Shown: in pieces, positions 7,727-17,200 of the stretch
Layout of the letters: every line of letters begins with the position of its first letter
Numbering within the stretch: the stretch's first letter is position 1
Source: Elusimicrobiota bacterium
GTDB lineage: Bacteria > Elusimicrobiota > Elusimicrobia > Elusimicrobiales > UBA9959
Direction of reading: 5' to 3'
Assembly (NCBI GenBank): GCA_027340875.1
Contig: DAIENX010000020.1
Coordinates: 1-39,962 of the forward strand
DNA: 39,962 nt
Made by a program: the position numbers and the translations under genes
Notes under the pieces: model-generated
What the model was told of the DNA's origin: nothing
Databases searched by the model: none
The model's input: the letters and a program-made list of their open reading frames with translations, nothing else

Positions 7727-8996
7727 CTTCCCTCCTGTCCAGCGGCGCCGTTATGACCGCGAGAGTTCCCGCCCCGCGGCTGGAGCTTATCCGGAAGGCC
7801 CCGCCCAGGTGCGAGACCTTCTCCCGTATGGAGAACAGCCCGAACCCGCCGTTGCGGCTGGCGCAGTTCCGGTCTTCTCCGGAAGAGAAGCCGCGCCCGT
7901 CGTCCCGGACCGTCACCACTATGCGGCCCCGGGTGCGCCGCACCCTGACGCGTACCGCCGACGCCCTGGCGTGCTTGAGCGAGTTGTTCAGCAGCTCGCG
8001 CACCGCCTTGAATATCATGACGCTGGTCTCCGTAGGAAGGGGTTTTCTGAGTCCGTCGCTCCGGAATTCCGTTTTAAGCCCGTGCCGGCGCTGGATGTCC
8101 TCGGCCAGCCGCTCAAGGGCGCTCTCGAGGCCCAGCTCGTAGAGTATGGGTGAGGCCAGTTGGAAAGTCAGGTTGCGCATGGCGAATATCGCCTCGTCGA
8201 GGAAAGAGGTAAGGCCCTTAAGGTCCTCCGTCGGCGCCGGGGCGAGGCCGCGGCCGCGCAGAGCGCCGGCCTTCATCTTCGCCATCGCCAGGGTCTGGCC
8301 TATCACGTCATGGAGGTCCGTGGCTATCTCGCGGCGCTCGCGCTCCTCGGTCAGTATGACCTCGGCGGAAAGGGCGCGAAGCTGGCGCTGGTAGGTCAGG
8401 ATCTCCTGCTGGCGCAGTTCCCTTTCGTGCACTTCAGCCTTCAGCGCGGCGTTGAGCTTCTCCAGCTCGGCGGTACGTTCGCGGACCCGCTTTTCCAGGT
8501 CGCGGTGCGCGTCCATCAGCGCCGAGGAGGCCTGGCGGCGCTCGAAGTAGGCCCTGAGCATGTCCGCCAGAGAGTTTATCAGGTTGCGCTCCTCGGCGAG
8601 GAACGGGCCTTCCGCTTCAGGAGGCATCTTCTTAAGGTAATAGACCTCTATCCTGCCGGCAAGTGCCGGACTTACGCGGAAGTCCGCGGCCTGAAGCCAG
8701 CGCGTCTTCCTGAAACCGCGCGTGCGGCTCTCCAGATCGCCGAGGATGACCCGTCCGGCCGTTATCTGAGGGTACTGCCAGGCCGGCGGGATCAGCCGCA
8801 CCACGCGCTCCAGCACCTCCCTTACGGGCAGCGTGTCGTCCTGGAGTATGCAGACGGTCGAGTGGAGGGCGGTCAGCTCTTTGACGCGCTCCCTCAGGGC
8901 GTGTATGACCTCGTTGCGCGGCACCTGCGGGTGCAGGGCGTGCATAGCCTGTTCGGGAGGTAGTATGCTCTTGTGGCTGCGCCGGGCTGACGGCAT
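7692..8996 (-). CDS. Cytoplasmic HisKA_3-type sensor histidine kinase with an N-terminal GAF-like domain
   Basis: ERERREIATDLHD H-box, ELLNNSLKHA, DDGRGF, GFGL. N-terminal LRERVKEL...PPAWQYP...GPFLAEER domain. No TM segment. Confidence 0.92.
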   Translation of the reverse strand: MPSARRSHKSILPPEQAMHALHPQVPRNEVIHALRERVKELTALHSTVCILQDDTLPVREVLERVVRLIPPAWQYPQITAGRVILGDLESRTRGFRKTRWLQAADFRVSPALAGRIEVYYLKKMPPEAEGPFLAEERNLINSLADMLRAYFERRQASSALMDAHRDLEKRVRERTAELEKLNAALKAEVHERELRQQEILTYQRQLRALSAEVILTEERERREIATDLHDVIGQTLAMAKMKAGALRGRGLAPAPTEDLKGLTSFLDEAIFAMRNLTFQLASPILYELGLESALERLAEDIQRRHGLKTEFRSDGLRKPLPTETSVMIFKAVRELLNNSLKHARASAVRVRVRRTRGRIVVTVRDDGRGFSSGEDRNCASRNGGFGLFSIREKVSHLGGAFRISSSRGAGTLAVITAPLDRREDAAEDTYLRRP

Positions 8997-9101
8997 AACC
9001 AGAGTTTACCAAATAAACCCGCCGGCGAACTAATTTTGTATCATCAGTACTGTTGCCCGCCGCGCCACCAGTTACTGCCGGCGGGATACCGAGGAGAACC
9101 G

Positions 9102-10508
9102 ATGTCCGACAAATTCACGTTAAGCTTCCACGGCGCCGCCGGCGAAGTGACAGGCTCCCGCCATCTCCTTGAGACGCCCTCCGGCACCCTGCTGCTGGAC
9201 TGCGGCATGTTCCAGGGGCACCGCAATGACGCCCAGCAGAAGAACAGGGACTTCAAATTCCCGCCGGCCTCCGTGGATTCAGTGGTCCTCAGCCACGGCC
9301 ACGTCGACCACTGCGGCCTGCTCCCGCTCCTCTACAAGTACGGCTGCTCCGCCCCGATACGCACCACCCCGAGCACCGCGGAGATCGCGGGCATCATGCT
9401 GGCCGATTCCGCCCGCCTGCAGGTCTCGGACGCGAAGTTCTACAACAAGATACACGCCGCGGAGGGGAAGACTATAGAGCCGCTCTACGACGAGGAAGAT
9501 TCGGCCCTCGCCCTCTCCAGGCTGTCCCCGGTCAGTTACAACGAGGACTTCTCGGCCCTCGAGGGGGTCAAGGCCCGCTTCCTGAACGCCGGCCACGTGA
9601 TGGGGTCGGCCATGACGCAGCTTGACCTGCGTACCCCAGCGGGGCCGCGCCGCCTCCTCTATACCGGCGACCTCGGCCGCCAGGAGGGGCTGCTGATGGA
9701 GAGCCCCGTGGCGCCGGAGGGGGTGGACTACCTGGTGATAGAGAGCACCTACGGGGGCCGCTTCCACGAGAAGCTGGCCGACGCCGGCGAGAAGCTGGCC
9801 GAGGTGATAGAGCGGGCGGCCGCCTCCCGCGGAAAGGTGGTGATCCCCAGCTTCGCGCTGGAGCGCACGCAGGAGATAGTCTTCATCCTGGACAGGCTTT
9901 ACCGGGAGAAGAAGGTGCCGCAGCTGCCGGTCTACGTGGACAGCCCGATGGCCGTCAGCCTGACCGAGATCTTCGACAAGCACCGCGACAGCTTCTGCTT
10001 CGACGACAAGTTCCAGGCCTACGCCCGCATGGACGGCGACCCGTTCGGCTTCGACTATATCCGCTACCTGCGCAGCAAGGAGGAGTCGCAGTCCCTGAAC
10101 AACAAGAAGGGCCCGATGATCATCATCTCGGCCTCCGGCATGTGCGAAGGCGGCCTCGTGCTGCACCACCTGCGCAACTGCATAGAACGGGACGAGAACA
10201 TCATCCTGCTCGTCGGCTACCAGGCCCAGGGCACGCTGGGCCGGCGCCTGCAGGAGGGGGAGAAGAAGGTGAAGATCTTCGGCCTCGAGCACGAGGTCGC
10301 CGCCAGCGTGGAGACCATGCACGTCTTCTCCTCGCACGCCGACCACGGCGACCTGGTTTCCTTCATCAAGGCCGTGAACCCGGCCAGGGGCGTATTCCTG
10401 GTCCACGGAGAGAACGACGCGCGCGCGGCGCTGGCGGAAGCGCTCGCGAAGGAGGGCGTGAAGAACGTCTTCCGGCCCGGGATGTACGAGCGCTTCGACC
10501 TGGCCTGA
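9102..10508 (+). CDS. MBL-fold beta-CASP hydrolase (putative RNase)
   Basis: GAAGEVTGS, LLDCG, SHGHVDHCG, NAGHVMGS, YTGDLG, ESTYG, SASGM, FSSHAD. GAGGAG SD before the ATG at 9102. Confidence 0.92.
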   Translation: MSDKFTLSFHGAAGEVTGSRHLLETPSGTLLLDCGMFQGHRNDAQQKNRDFKFPPASVDSVVLSHGHVDHCGLLPLLYKYGCSAPIRTTPSTAEIAGIMLADSARLQVSDAKFYNKIHAAEGKTIEPLYDEEDSALALSRLSPVSYNEDFSALEGVKARFLNAGHVMGSAMTQLDLRTPAGPRRLLYTGDLGRQEGLLMESPVAPEGVDYLVIESTYGGRFHEKLADAGEKLAEVIERAAASRGKVVIPSFALERTQEIVFILDRLYREKKVPQLPVYVDSPMAVSLTEIFDKHRDSFCFDDKFQAYARMDGDPFGFDYIRYLRSKEESQSLNNKKGPMIIISASGMCEGGLVLHHLRNCIERDENIILLVGYQAQGTLGRRLQEGEKKVKIFGLEHEVAASVETMHVFSSHADHGDLVSFIKAVNPARGVFLVHGENDARAALAEALAKEGVKNVFRPGMYERFDLA

Positions 10509-10584
10509 CACTCGGGTCCCTGGCCGCGCGGGTAATTTCCCCTGACGTCATAGGGGAAAATAACTATAATATAGTCAACGATCT

Positions 10585-11853
10585 ATGAAAAAACTGCTAA
10601 CGAAAATCGGGACCAGTGCGCTGCACGCCCTCGGTCTCAAGAAGAAGTCCGGCTTCTACGGGCTCGGCATCGCCCCGAAGCTCATGGACATACTGGACGA
10701 GAAAGGCTTCGTGAAGCCCACGCCGATACAGCACAAATCCATACCCATAGCCACCGAAGGCAAGGACATGGTCGGCATAGCCCAGACCGGGACCGGCAAG
10801 ACCATCGCGTTCTCGATACCGATGATACAGCGGCTGGCCGCCGGCCCCGGCAAGGCCGTGGTGCTGCTGCCCACCCGCGAGCTCGCGCTGCAGGTGGCCG
10901 AAGTGTGCCGCGATTTCGCGCCGGCCTTCGGGATGGGAGTGGCCTGCCTGATCGGAGGAGAAGGGAAGGAGCACCAGCTGCGCGACCTGCGCAAGAAGGC
11001 CAGGATAATCATCGGCACCCCCGGCCGCGTCTACGACCACATCGAGCGCGGCGACGCCAAGGTGCATGACGCCCGCATCCTCGTGCTCGACGAAGCCGAC
11101 CGCATGTTCGACATGGGCTTCGCCCCGCAGATCAACCGCATCATCCGCTGCCTTCCGAAGGAGCGCCAGACTATGCTGTTCTCGGCCACCATCCCGGACG
11201 AGGTCATGCGTCTCGCCAGCCAGCACATGAAAGGGCCCGTGCGCATCGAGGTCGCCAAGTCCGGCACGGCCGCCCAGAACGTGGTGCAGGAACTCTACGT
11301 CGTGCGCTCCAGCTCCAAGCCGATGCTGCTGATGAAGCTGCTCGAGAAGTACACCGGCACCGTGCTGGTCTTCGTGGAGACCCGCTACGACGCGATGAAG
11401 GTGGCCGGCTTCCTCAGCTACGCCCACTACGCGGTGGCCGAGCTCCACTCCGACCGCAGCATGGGCCAGCGCAAGGAGGCCATGGAAGGCTTCAAGAGCG
11501 GCAAGTACCGCATCATGGTCGCCACCGACATCGCCGCCCGAGGCATAGACGTGACCGGCATAGAGCTCGTGGTCAACTATGAGATGCCGTCCGAGGACGA
11601 CGCCTACGTGCACCGCATCGGCCGCACCGGCCGCGCCGGCCAGCCCGGCCGCGCCGTCACGTTCGCGATGCCCGAGCAGGGCGGCGACGTGCGCAGCATC
11701 GAGACCCTCACGGGAATACCGATGACCCAGGTCACCCACCCGGACGTTCCGGCGGAGACCCTCTGGGGCTACAATCATGCCGCCACCAACCGCGGCTGGA
11801 ACCAGCGCGCCTCCCGCAGGCCCGGCGGCGGGGGCGGCAGGCGCCGCCGCTGA
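10585..11853 (+). CDS. DEAD-box ATP-dependent RNA helicase
   Basis: Q motif PTPIQ, AQTGTGKT, PTRELA, TPGR, LDEADRM, SAT, ARGID, HRIGRTGRAG; R/G-rich tail. Confidence 0.96.
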   Translation: MKKLLTKIGTSALHALGLKKKSGFYGLGIAPKLMDILDEKGFVKPTPIQHKSIPIATEGKDMVGIAQTGTGKTIAFSIPMIQRLAAGPGKAVVLLPTRELALQVAEVCRDFAPAFGMGVACLIGGEGKEHQLRDLRKKARIIIGTPGRVYDHIERGDAKVHDARILVLDEADRMFDMGFAPQINRIIRCLPKERQTMLFSATIPDEVMRLASQHMKGPVRIEVAKSGTAAQNVVQELYVVRSSSKPMLLMKLLEKYTGTVLVFVETRYDAMKVAGFLSYAHYAVAELHSDRSMGQRKEAMEGFKSGKYRIMVATDIAARGIDVTGIELVVNYEMPSEDDAYVHRIGRTGRAGQPGRAVTFAMPEQGGDVRSIETLTGIPMTQVTHPDVPAETLWGYNHAATNRGWNQRASRRPGGGGGRRRR

Positions 11854-11867
11854 GAACAGCAGGCAAT

Positions 11868-11897
11868 AAAAAAGGCCGCCGGAGGGCGGCCTTTTTT
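11868..11897. terminator. Bidirectional intrinsic terminator
   Basis: AAAAAAGGCCGCC-GGAG-GGCGGCCTTTTTT between convergent genes. Confidence 0.85.
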
Positions 11898-11910
11898 TGT
11901 CCCCGGAAGT

Positions 11911-13050
11911 CTACTCCTTGGCTGTGCCGTAGAGCTTCTCGAATTCGGCCCTGTACGGCCTGACGTAGTCCGGGTCCATGGTGAAGATGGTGTTCTCGGT
12001 ATTGCTGTTCTCGGCCATGTTGGTCCAGTTGAACGAGCCGTTTATCAGCAGCCGGCCGTCGAGCACCGCGAACTTATTGTGCATCTGGCCCTTGTCCTGG
12101 CCGCGGCCGGGCTTGAAGCGCAGCTCCATCCGGCTCTTCCTGGCCTCTGCCGCGAACGGGAAGTCCTGGCCGGCGAACACCATCAGCTTGACATGCACGC
12201 CGCGCCCGGCGGCCCGCTTCAGCGCGCCCATGATGCTCTCCGAGGTGAAGGTGAACATGGCCACGTCCGCCTCGCTGCGGGCGGCGTCTATAGCCCTCAC
12301 TATGGCCTGCTCGGTTCCGCCGCGTGGGGAGAAGATGTAGTCGGGCAGCAGCGTCCCGTTGAAGTCGAGCTCCACCGTCGGATCGGCCGGGGGAGGCGTA
12401 TTGGAGGCCGCTGCGGTTCCCGGGCCGGAGACGGGGCGGGACTGGCCCCACAGCCAGTCGAAGTCCCGCTGGTAGCCGCCTATCAGCTCCCGGGACGCCG
12501 TGAACATGATGTTCTCGTAGCTGTAGTCCTGGGCGAAGCCGCTCCAGTTGGCCGAACCGGTCTCGAGCAGGGAGCGGTCGAAGATCGCGAACTTGCAGTG
12601 CATCGTGCCCATGCTGCCGCGGCCTTTCATCGCGCGGGTCTCTATGCCGGAATCTATCACGGCCTGGATCTGCGGACCGGCCTTCGGGAAGACATGGGCG
12701 TGATCGAAGATGACCCGGACCTTTACCCCGCGGGCCTTGGCCCTCACCAGCGCGGCGGCGGCCTCGTCTATCTGGAGGTTGTAGAGGGCCACGTCCAGCG
12801 TGCGGTCCGCGCGGTCTATGGCCTTGATTATCGGCGCGGCCAGGCTCTCCTCGTCCGTGAAGACGTAGGCGGGCAGGCCGGAGAGATCGTAGGAACCGTA
12901 GGAAAGGGCGGAATAGGCCGGGGCAGGCACGGCCGGGGAGGCGGGGCGCTCGACGGAAGGGGCGGAGAAGTCAGGGGGACTGACAGGGGGCGCGCAAAAG
13001 GAGGGGGCAGCAAGGAAAACCAAAAGAAGGGCTCGGATGGCTACTTTCAT
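11911..13050 (-). CDS. Secreted phospholipase D-superfamily protein with two HKD domains
   Basis: HCKFAIFD...GSANWS and HNKFAVLD...GSFNWT. Signal peptide from MKVAIR with GGAGG SD. Confidence 0.88.
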   Translation of the reverse strand: MKVAIRALLLVFLAAPSFCAPPVSPPDFSAPSVERPASPAVPAPAYSALSYGSYDLSGLPAYVFTDEESLAAPIIKAIDRADRTLDVALYNLQIDEAAAALVRAKARGVKVRVIFDHAHVFPKAGPQIQAVIDSGIETRAMKGRGSMGTMHCKFAIFDRSLLETGSANWSGFAQDYSYENIMFTASRELIGGYQRDFDWLWGQSRPVSGPGTAAASNTPPPADPTVELDFNGTLLPDYIFSPRGGTEQAIVRAIDAARSEADVAMFTFTSESIMGALKRAAGRGVHVKLMVFAGQDFPFAAEARKSRMELRFKPGRGQDKGQMHNKFAVLDGRLLINGSFNWTNMAENSNTENTIFTMDPDYVRPYRAEFEKLYGTAKE

Positions 13051-13208
13051 CTGTGGCCGACCTCCGCTTGTATCATGTATATACTCTAGCGCTTCCTGCA
13101 GCGGTGCGGCAGAGGCTTTGGACCCCCGCGGCACCCGTCTTACGGCCCAGGCCGGGATGGGGCTTTGGGGAGATGATTGCGCGCCCCCTTTATCGCTATA
13201 ATATGGAC

Positions 13209-13697
13209 ATGAAGGCTCCGGCCGGCATATCCATACGCAAGATCACGCGCGAGTCGGGCGAGTGGAAGACTCGCTACGCGGCCTTCTACGCCGATTTCGA
13301 CCTCAAGGACGTGGACGGGCTGGACCACGCCTTCTTCGCCGCCTACTCCGGCGAAGAGATCGCCGGACACAGCGTCGTATATCTAGAGGAAGACCGCTGG
13401 GTGCTGGATGGGCTGAGGGTAAAGCCGGAGTTCAGGGAAAGGGGCATAGCCAAGGCGCTGACCGCAGCCCGCATCCGCTACGCGGCCGGCAGGGGGGCGA
13501 AAGAGGTGTGGTATTCCTGCGAGGACGGGAACCTGGTCACCACCTGCTGCCACCTGCGCTTCGGCTTCGAGAAGATGCGCAAGGAAGGCCCGGCCTGCCG
13601 GGCCGGCACCGCCAACTGGTACCGGCTGAAAATAACTCCGTCCCTCTTTAAGAAATTCCCGGACCTCAAGCCACCCGCCGGTCACTCTGTCCCGTAG
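13209..13697 (+). CDS. GNAT-family N-acetyltransferase
   Basis: Acetyl-CoA motif LRVKPEFRERGIAKAL and C-terminal RFGF. Start placed 6 nt after TATAAT (13197-13202). Confidence 0.82.
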   Translation: MKAPAGISIRKITRESGEWKTRYAAFYADFDLKDVDGLDHAFFAAYSGEEIAGHSVVYLEEDRWVLDGLRVKPEFRERGIAKALTAARIRYAAGRGAKEVWYSCEDGNLVTTCCHLRFGFEKMRKEGPACRAGTANWYRLKITPSLFKKFPDLKPPAGHSVP

Positions 13698-14182
13698 GCT
13701 TCCTGCTTCTTCAGGGCGACCGTTATCTCTTTGGCTTTGACGAACTTCAGGTAGGGCTTCGGCTCGCTCGTCAGCACTCCCACCGACACTTCCACCTTCT
13801 CTCCTGGCGCGAGTGGCTCGCTGTGGCCGTAAGGCTTGCTCCAGATGACGGCGCCAGTCTCGTCGCGGAAGACCAGCACGCCGTTGAACGCCAGCAGCCT
13901 GCGGTTGCCGAGGTTCTCGAACCGCACATAAAGCCGTATCCCGGCGCGCTCCTGTCCAACCAGCTGCTTTTTCCTGAGGAAAGTTACCCCGACCGGTTCG
14001 GACGGCGGACGAACCTCGGCCCTCTCGGCGGGCCTGGGAGCGCCGCCTTCCTCCAGCTTCGTGACGCGCTTCTCCACCTTGGTCATGCGCTTTTCCAGGC
14101 TGGTGACCCTCTTCTCGGTAGCGCCTTGGGCGGCGGCAAGGGGCGGGACGCAGAGCAGGGCCGCCAGCAGGACATACTTCAT
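13682..14182 (-). CDS. Exported hypothetical protein (short coiled coil plus beta-rich domain)
   Basis: Signal peptide MKYVLLAALL; heptads EKRVTSL/EKRMTKV/EKRVTKL; extended -10 lies 6 nt upstream of the ATG. Confidence 0.75.
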   Translation of the reverse strand: MKYVLLAALLCVPPLAAAQGATEKRVTSLEKRMTKVEKRVTKLEEGGAPRPAERAEVRPPSEPVGVTFLRKKQLVGQERAGIRLYVRFENLGNRRLLAFNGVLVFRDETGAVIWSKPYGHSEPLAPGEKVEVSVGVLTSEPKPYLKFVKAKEITVALKKQEAYGTE

Positions 14183-14269
14183 GACTAAATTATAGCAATG
14201 TGGCCATGGACTGGCCATACGTCATACCCCCGGCGCGCCAATTATGGTATATTGCGGGGGAGGGTTAAT

Positions 14270-17200
14270 ATGGACGGGGAACAGGATAAATACAGGACCT
14301 TTTTCGGCAACGTACCGGCCATGGTGTGCTTCGTGGATTTCGACGGGCGCATCCTGGAGCTCAACCGCGCCTGGGAGACCTCCACCGGCTTCAGCCGCGA
14401 GGAGCTGGCCGGCCAGCCGTGGGCCGGCTTCATACACCCCGAGGATATCGAGGCGGCCTGGGCCGGGCAGAAGAAGGCGATGAGCGGAGAGCCGGCCACG
14501 GCGCAACTGCGCATCCGCTGCAAGGGCGGTTCCTACAAGTGGTTCCTCATCTCCGGCTACGCCGACAAGGACCGCAGCGTCCTTTACACCGCCGCTTCCG
14601 ATATTTCCGCCCTTAAAGAGACCGAGACCTCCCTGCGCGCCAGCGAGCATCAGCTACGCCGCATCATAGACAAGGCCCCCATCTCGATGGCCATCGTCGG
14701 GATGGACGAAAAGATAGAGTACATAAACCGCAGGGCCGAGGAGACCTTCGGCTACCCCAGTTCCGAGATCCCGACGATGAAGGACTGGTGGGAGAAAGCC
14801 TACCCTGACGAGGCCTACCGCAAGGAGGTCCTAGCGGACTGGATGGGCCGGGTGATGGACGGCATAAAGCGCAACGGAGAGATAGCCGGCAACCAGTACC
14901 GCGTCACCTGCAGGGACCGTTCGGTAAAGACCTGCTTCATCTACGGCGTGATCGCGGCGGGCAAGGTCTTCGTGATGTTCGAGGACATCTCCGAGCGGGT
15001 CAAGACCGGCGAGATGCTCCAGACCAGCGAGAAGAGGCTGAAGAGCATACTTGAAGAGGCGCCGGTGGCCATAGCCGTAAGCTCAAAGGGAGGGAAGCTG
15101 GAGATGCTGAACAGGAAGTTCACGCAGATCTTCGGCTATACCCTGGAGGATATCCCGGACCTGGAGACTATGGGGCGAGAGGTCTATCCGGACGAGAGAT
15201 ACCGCCAGGAAGTGATCTCTTACTGGGCCGAGGTCCAGAGCGCCTCCCACGATCCCGGGGAGGAACTGCATCCCAGGGAATTCCGGGTGCGCTGCAAGGA
15301 CGGGACATACCGGACGGTCATCAGCTCTACCGTAGTGACCGATGACGATAAGATCGTGACCATAAACGAGGACGTCACGGAGCAGGTTGCCGCGGAGCAG
15401 GTCCTGCGGGAAAGCGAGACGAATCTCCGCAGCGTGCTGGAGCAGGCCCCTATCGGCATCATGCTGCGCACTTTGGACGGAGGTATCGAATTCCTCAACC
15501 GCAAATTTACGGAGCAATTCGGCTACACGGTGGAAGACATCCCCACGGCCGGAAAATGGCAGGAGTGCGCATTGCCGGACGAGACTTATCGCCGGGAAAT
15601 GATGGTGCCTTACCTCCGCAGGCTGGGGGAGGTGCGCGAGACCGGCGGGGAACTGCCGCCGATGCAGCTGCGCATCACCTGCAAGGACGGCACGGTGAAG
15701 CAGGTCAGCCTGACGGGCATGATCACGCGGGACAAGAAGGTCCTCACTCTCCTGGAGGACATCTCCGAGCGGGCCAGGGCGCAGGAGGAACTGCGCTTCA
15801 GCGAGAGCACCCTGAGGAGCGTCATAGAACAGGCTCCTATCTCGATAGCCGTCTATAGTCTGGAAGGCAAGCTGGACTTCCTGAACCGCAAGTTCACGCA
15901 CACCTTCGGCTACCTTCCGGAGGAGATCCCGACCGCCGGGGACTGGATGCAAAAGGCCTATCCGGACAAGGCGTACCGCGAACAACTGAACGCCAAATGG
16001 GCCGCTCTTCTTGAAAAGGCCGTAAGGACAAACGGCGAGATAGAGGGCGGGGAATATCGCGTCGTGGCCAAGGACGGCACTGACCGCACGGTCTTCATCC
16101 ACGGCGTGGTCACCGCCGGGAAGAAGGTGGTCTGCCTGCTGGACGACGTCACTTCGCGGGTTCGCACGGAACGCGCCCTGCGCGAGAGCGAAAGCACGCT
16201 CCGGCGCATACTCGACCAGGCGCCGATAGCCATCGCGGTCCACACCCTGGAAGGCAACATAGAGTTCACGAACCGGAAATTCACCGAGGCCTACGGCTAC
16301 CAGCTGGAGGATATCCCGACCCTGGAGACGTGGATGAGGCGGGCCTATCCCGACCCCCAGTACCGGGAAGGCCTGCTGGACATGTGGAAGCAGTGGATGG
16401 ACAACTCACTGCGGACGGGGCAGGCCATGCCCGGCACCGAGGTGCGCGTCCGCTGCCGCGACGGCCGGACCAAGTACGTCTTCGTCACGGGCGTGGTCAC
16501 TCCGGACCGCAAGGTGGTCTCCATACTGGATGACATAACCGGCCGGGTCGAGTCGGAGCGTGCCCTGCGCGAGAGGGAATCCCTTTACCGCGCGTTGGTG
16601 GAGACCACCCGTACCGGCTATGTGGTGATCGACGGGCAGGGCCGCGTGGTGGACGCCAACAGGGAATACGTGCGGCTGGCGGGTTTCACCGACCTCAAGC
16701 AGATCATGGGGCGCAGCGTGCTGGACTGGACCGCGCCGCACGAGAAGGCCCGCAACGCCGCCGCCGTGGCGAAATGCGCCAGGGACGGGCACATACACAA
16801 TTTCGAGGTCGAGTACGTGAACCCGGAAGGCGAGACGACTCCGATAGAGATAAACGCCACCGTGGTCAGCCGCGACGGCGTGAACAATATCCTCACGCTG
16901 TGCCGCGATATCTCACAGCGCCGTCGCCGCCTCGAGGAACTCAGGGCTTTCAACGAAGAGCTTGAGAAACGCGTCGCCGAGCGCACGGCCGAGCTCAAGA
17001 AGGCCAACATCGGGCTCAGCATGGAGATCGCCCAGCGCATGGACGCGGAGAGGAACACGCAGAAGCTCCAGCAGGAGCTGCAGCGCGCCCAGAGAATGGA
17101 AGCGCTGGGCCAGCTGGCCGGAGGCATCGCCCACGACTTCAACAATATCCTGGTGGCCATCAGCGGCTACGCCGAGTTCCTGATGAGCACGCTGCCCGGG

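Noticed and set aside
9102..13050. Anti-phage defence system (MBL nuclease + helicase + PLD)
   Set aside because: The helicase is an ordinary DEAD-box protein. The PLD is convergent, separated by a terminator and carries a signal peptide.
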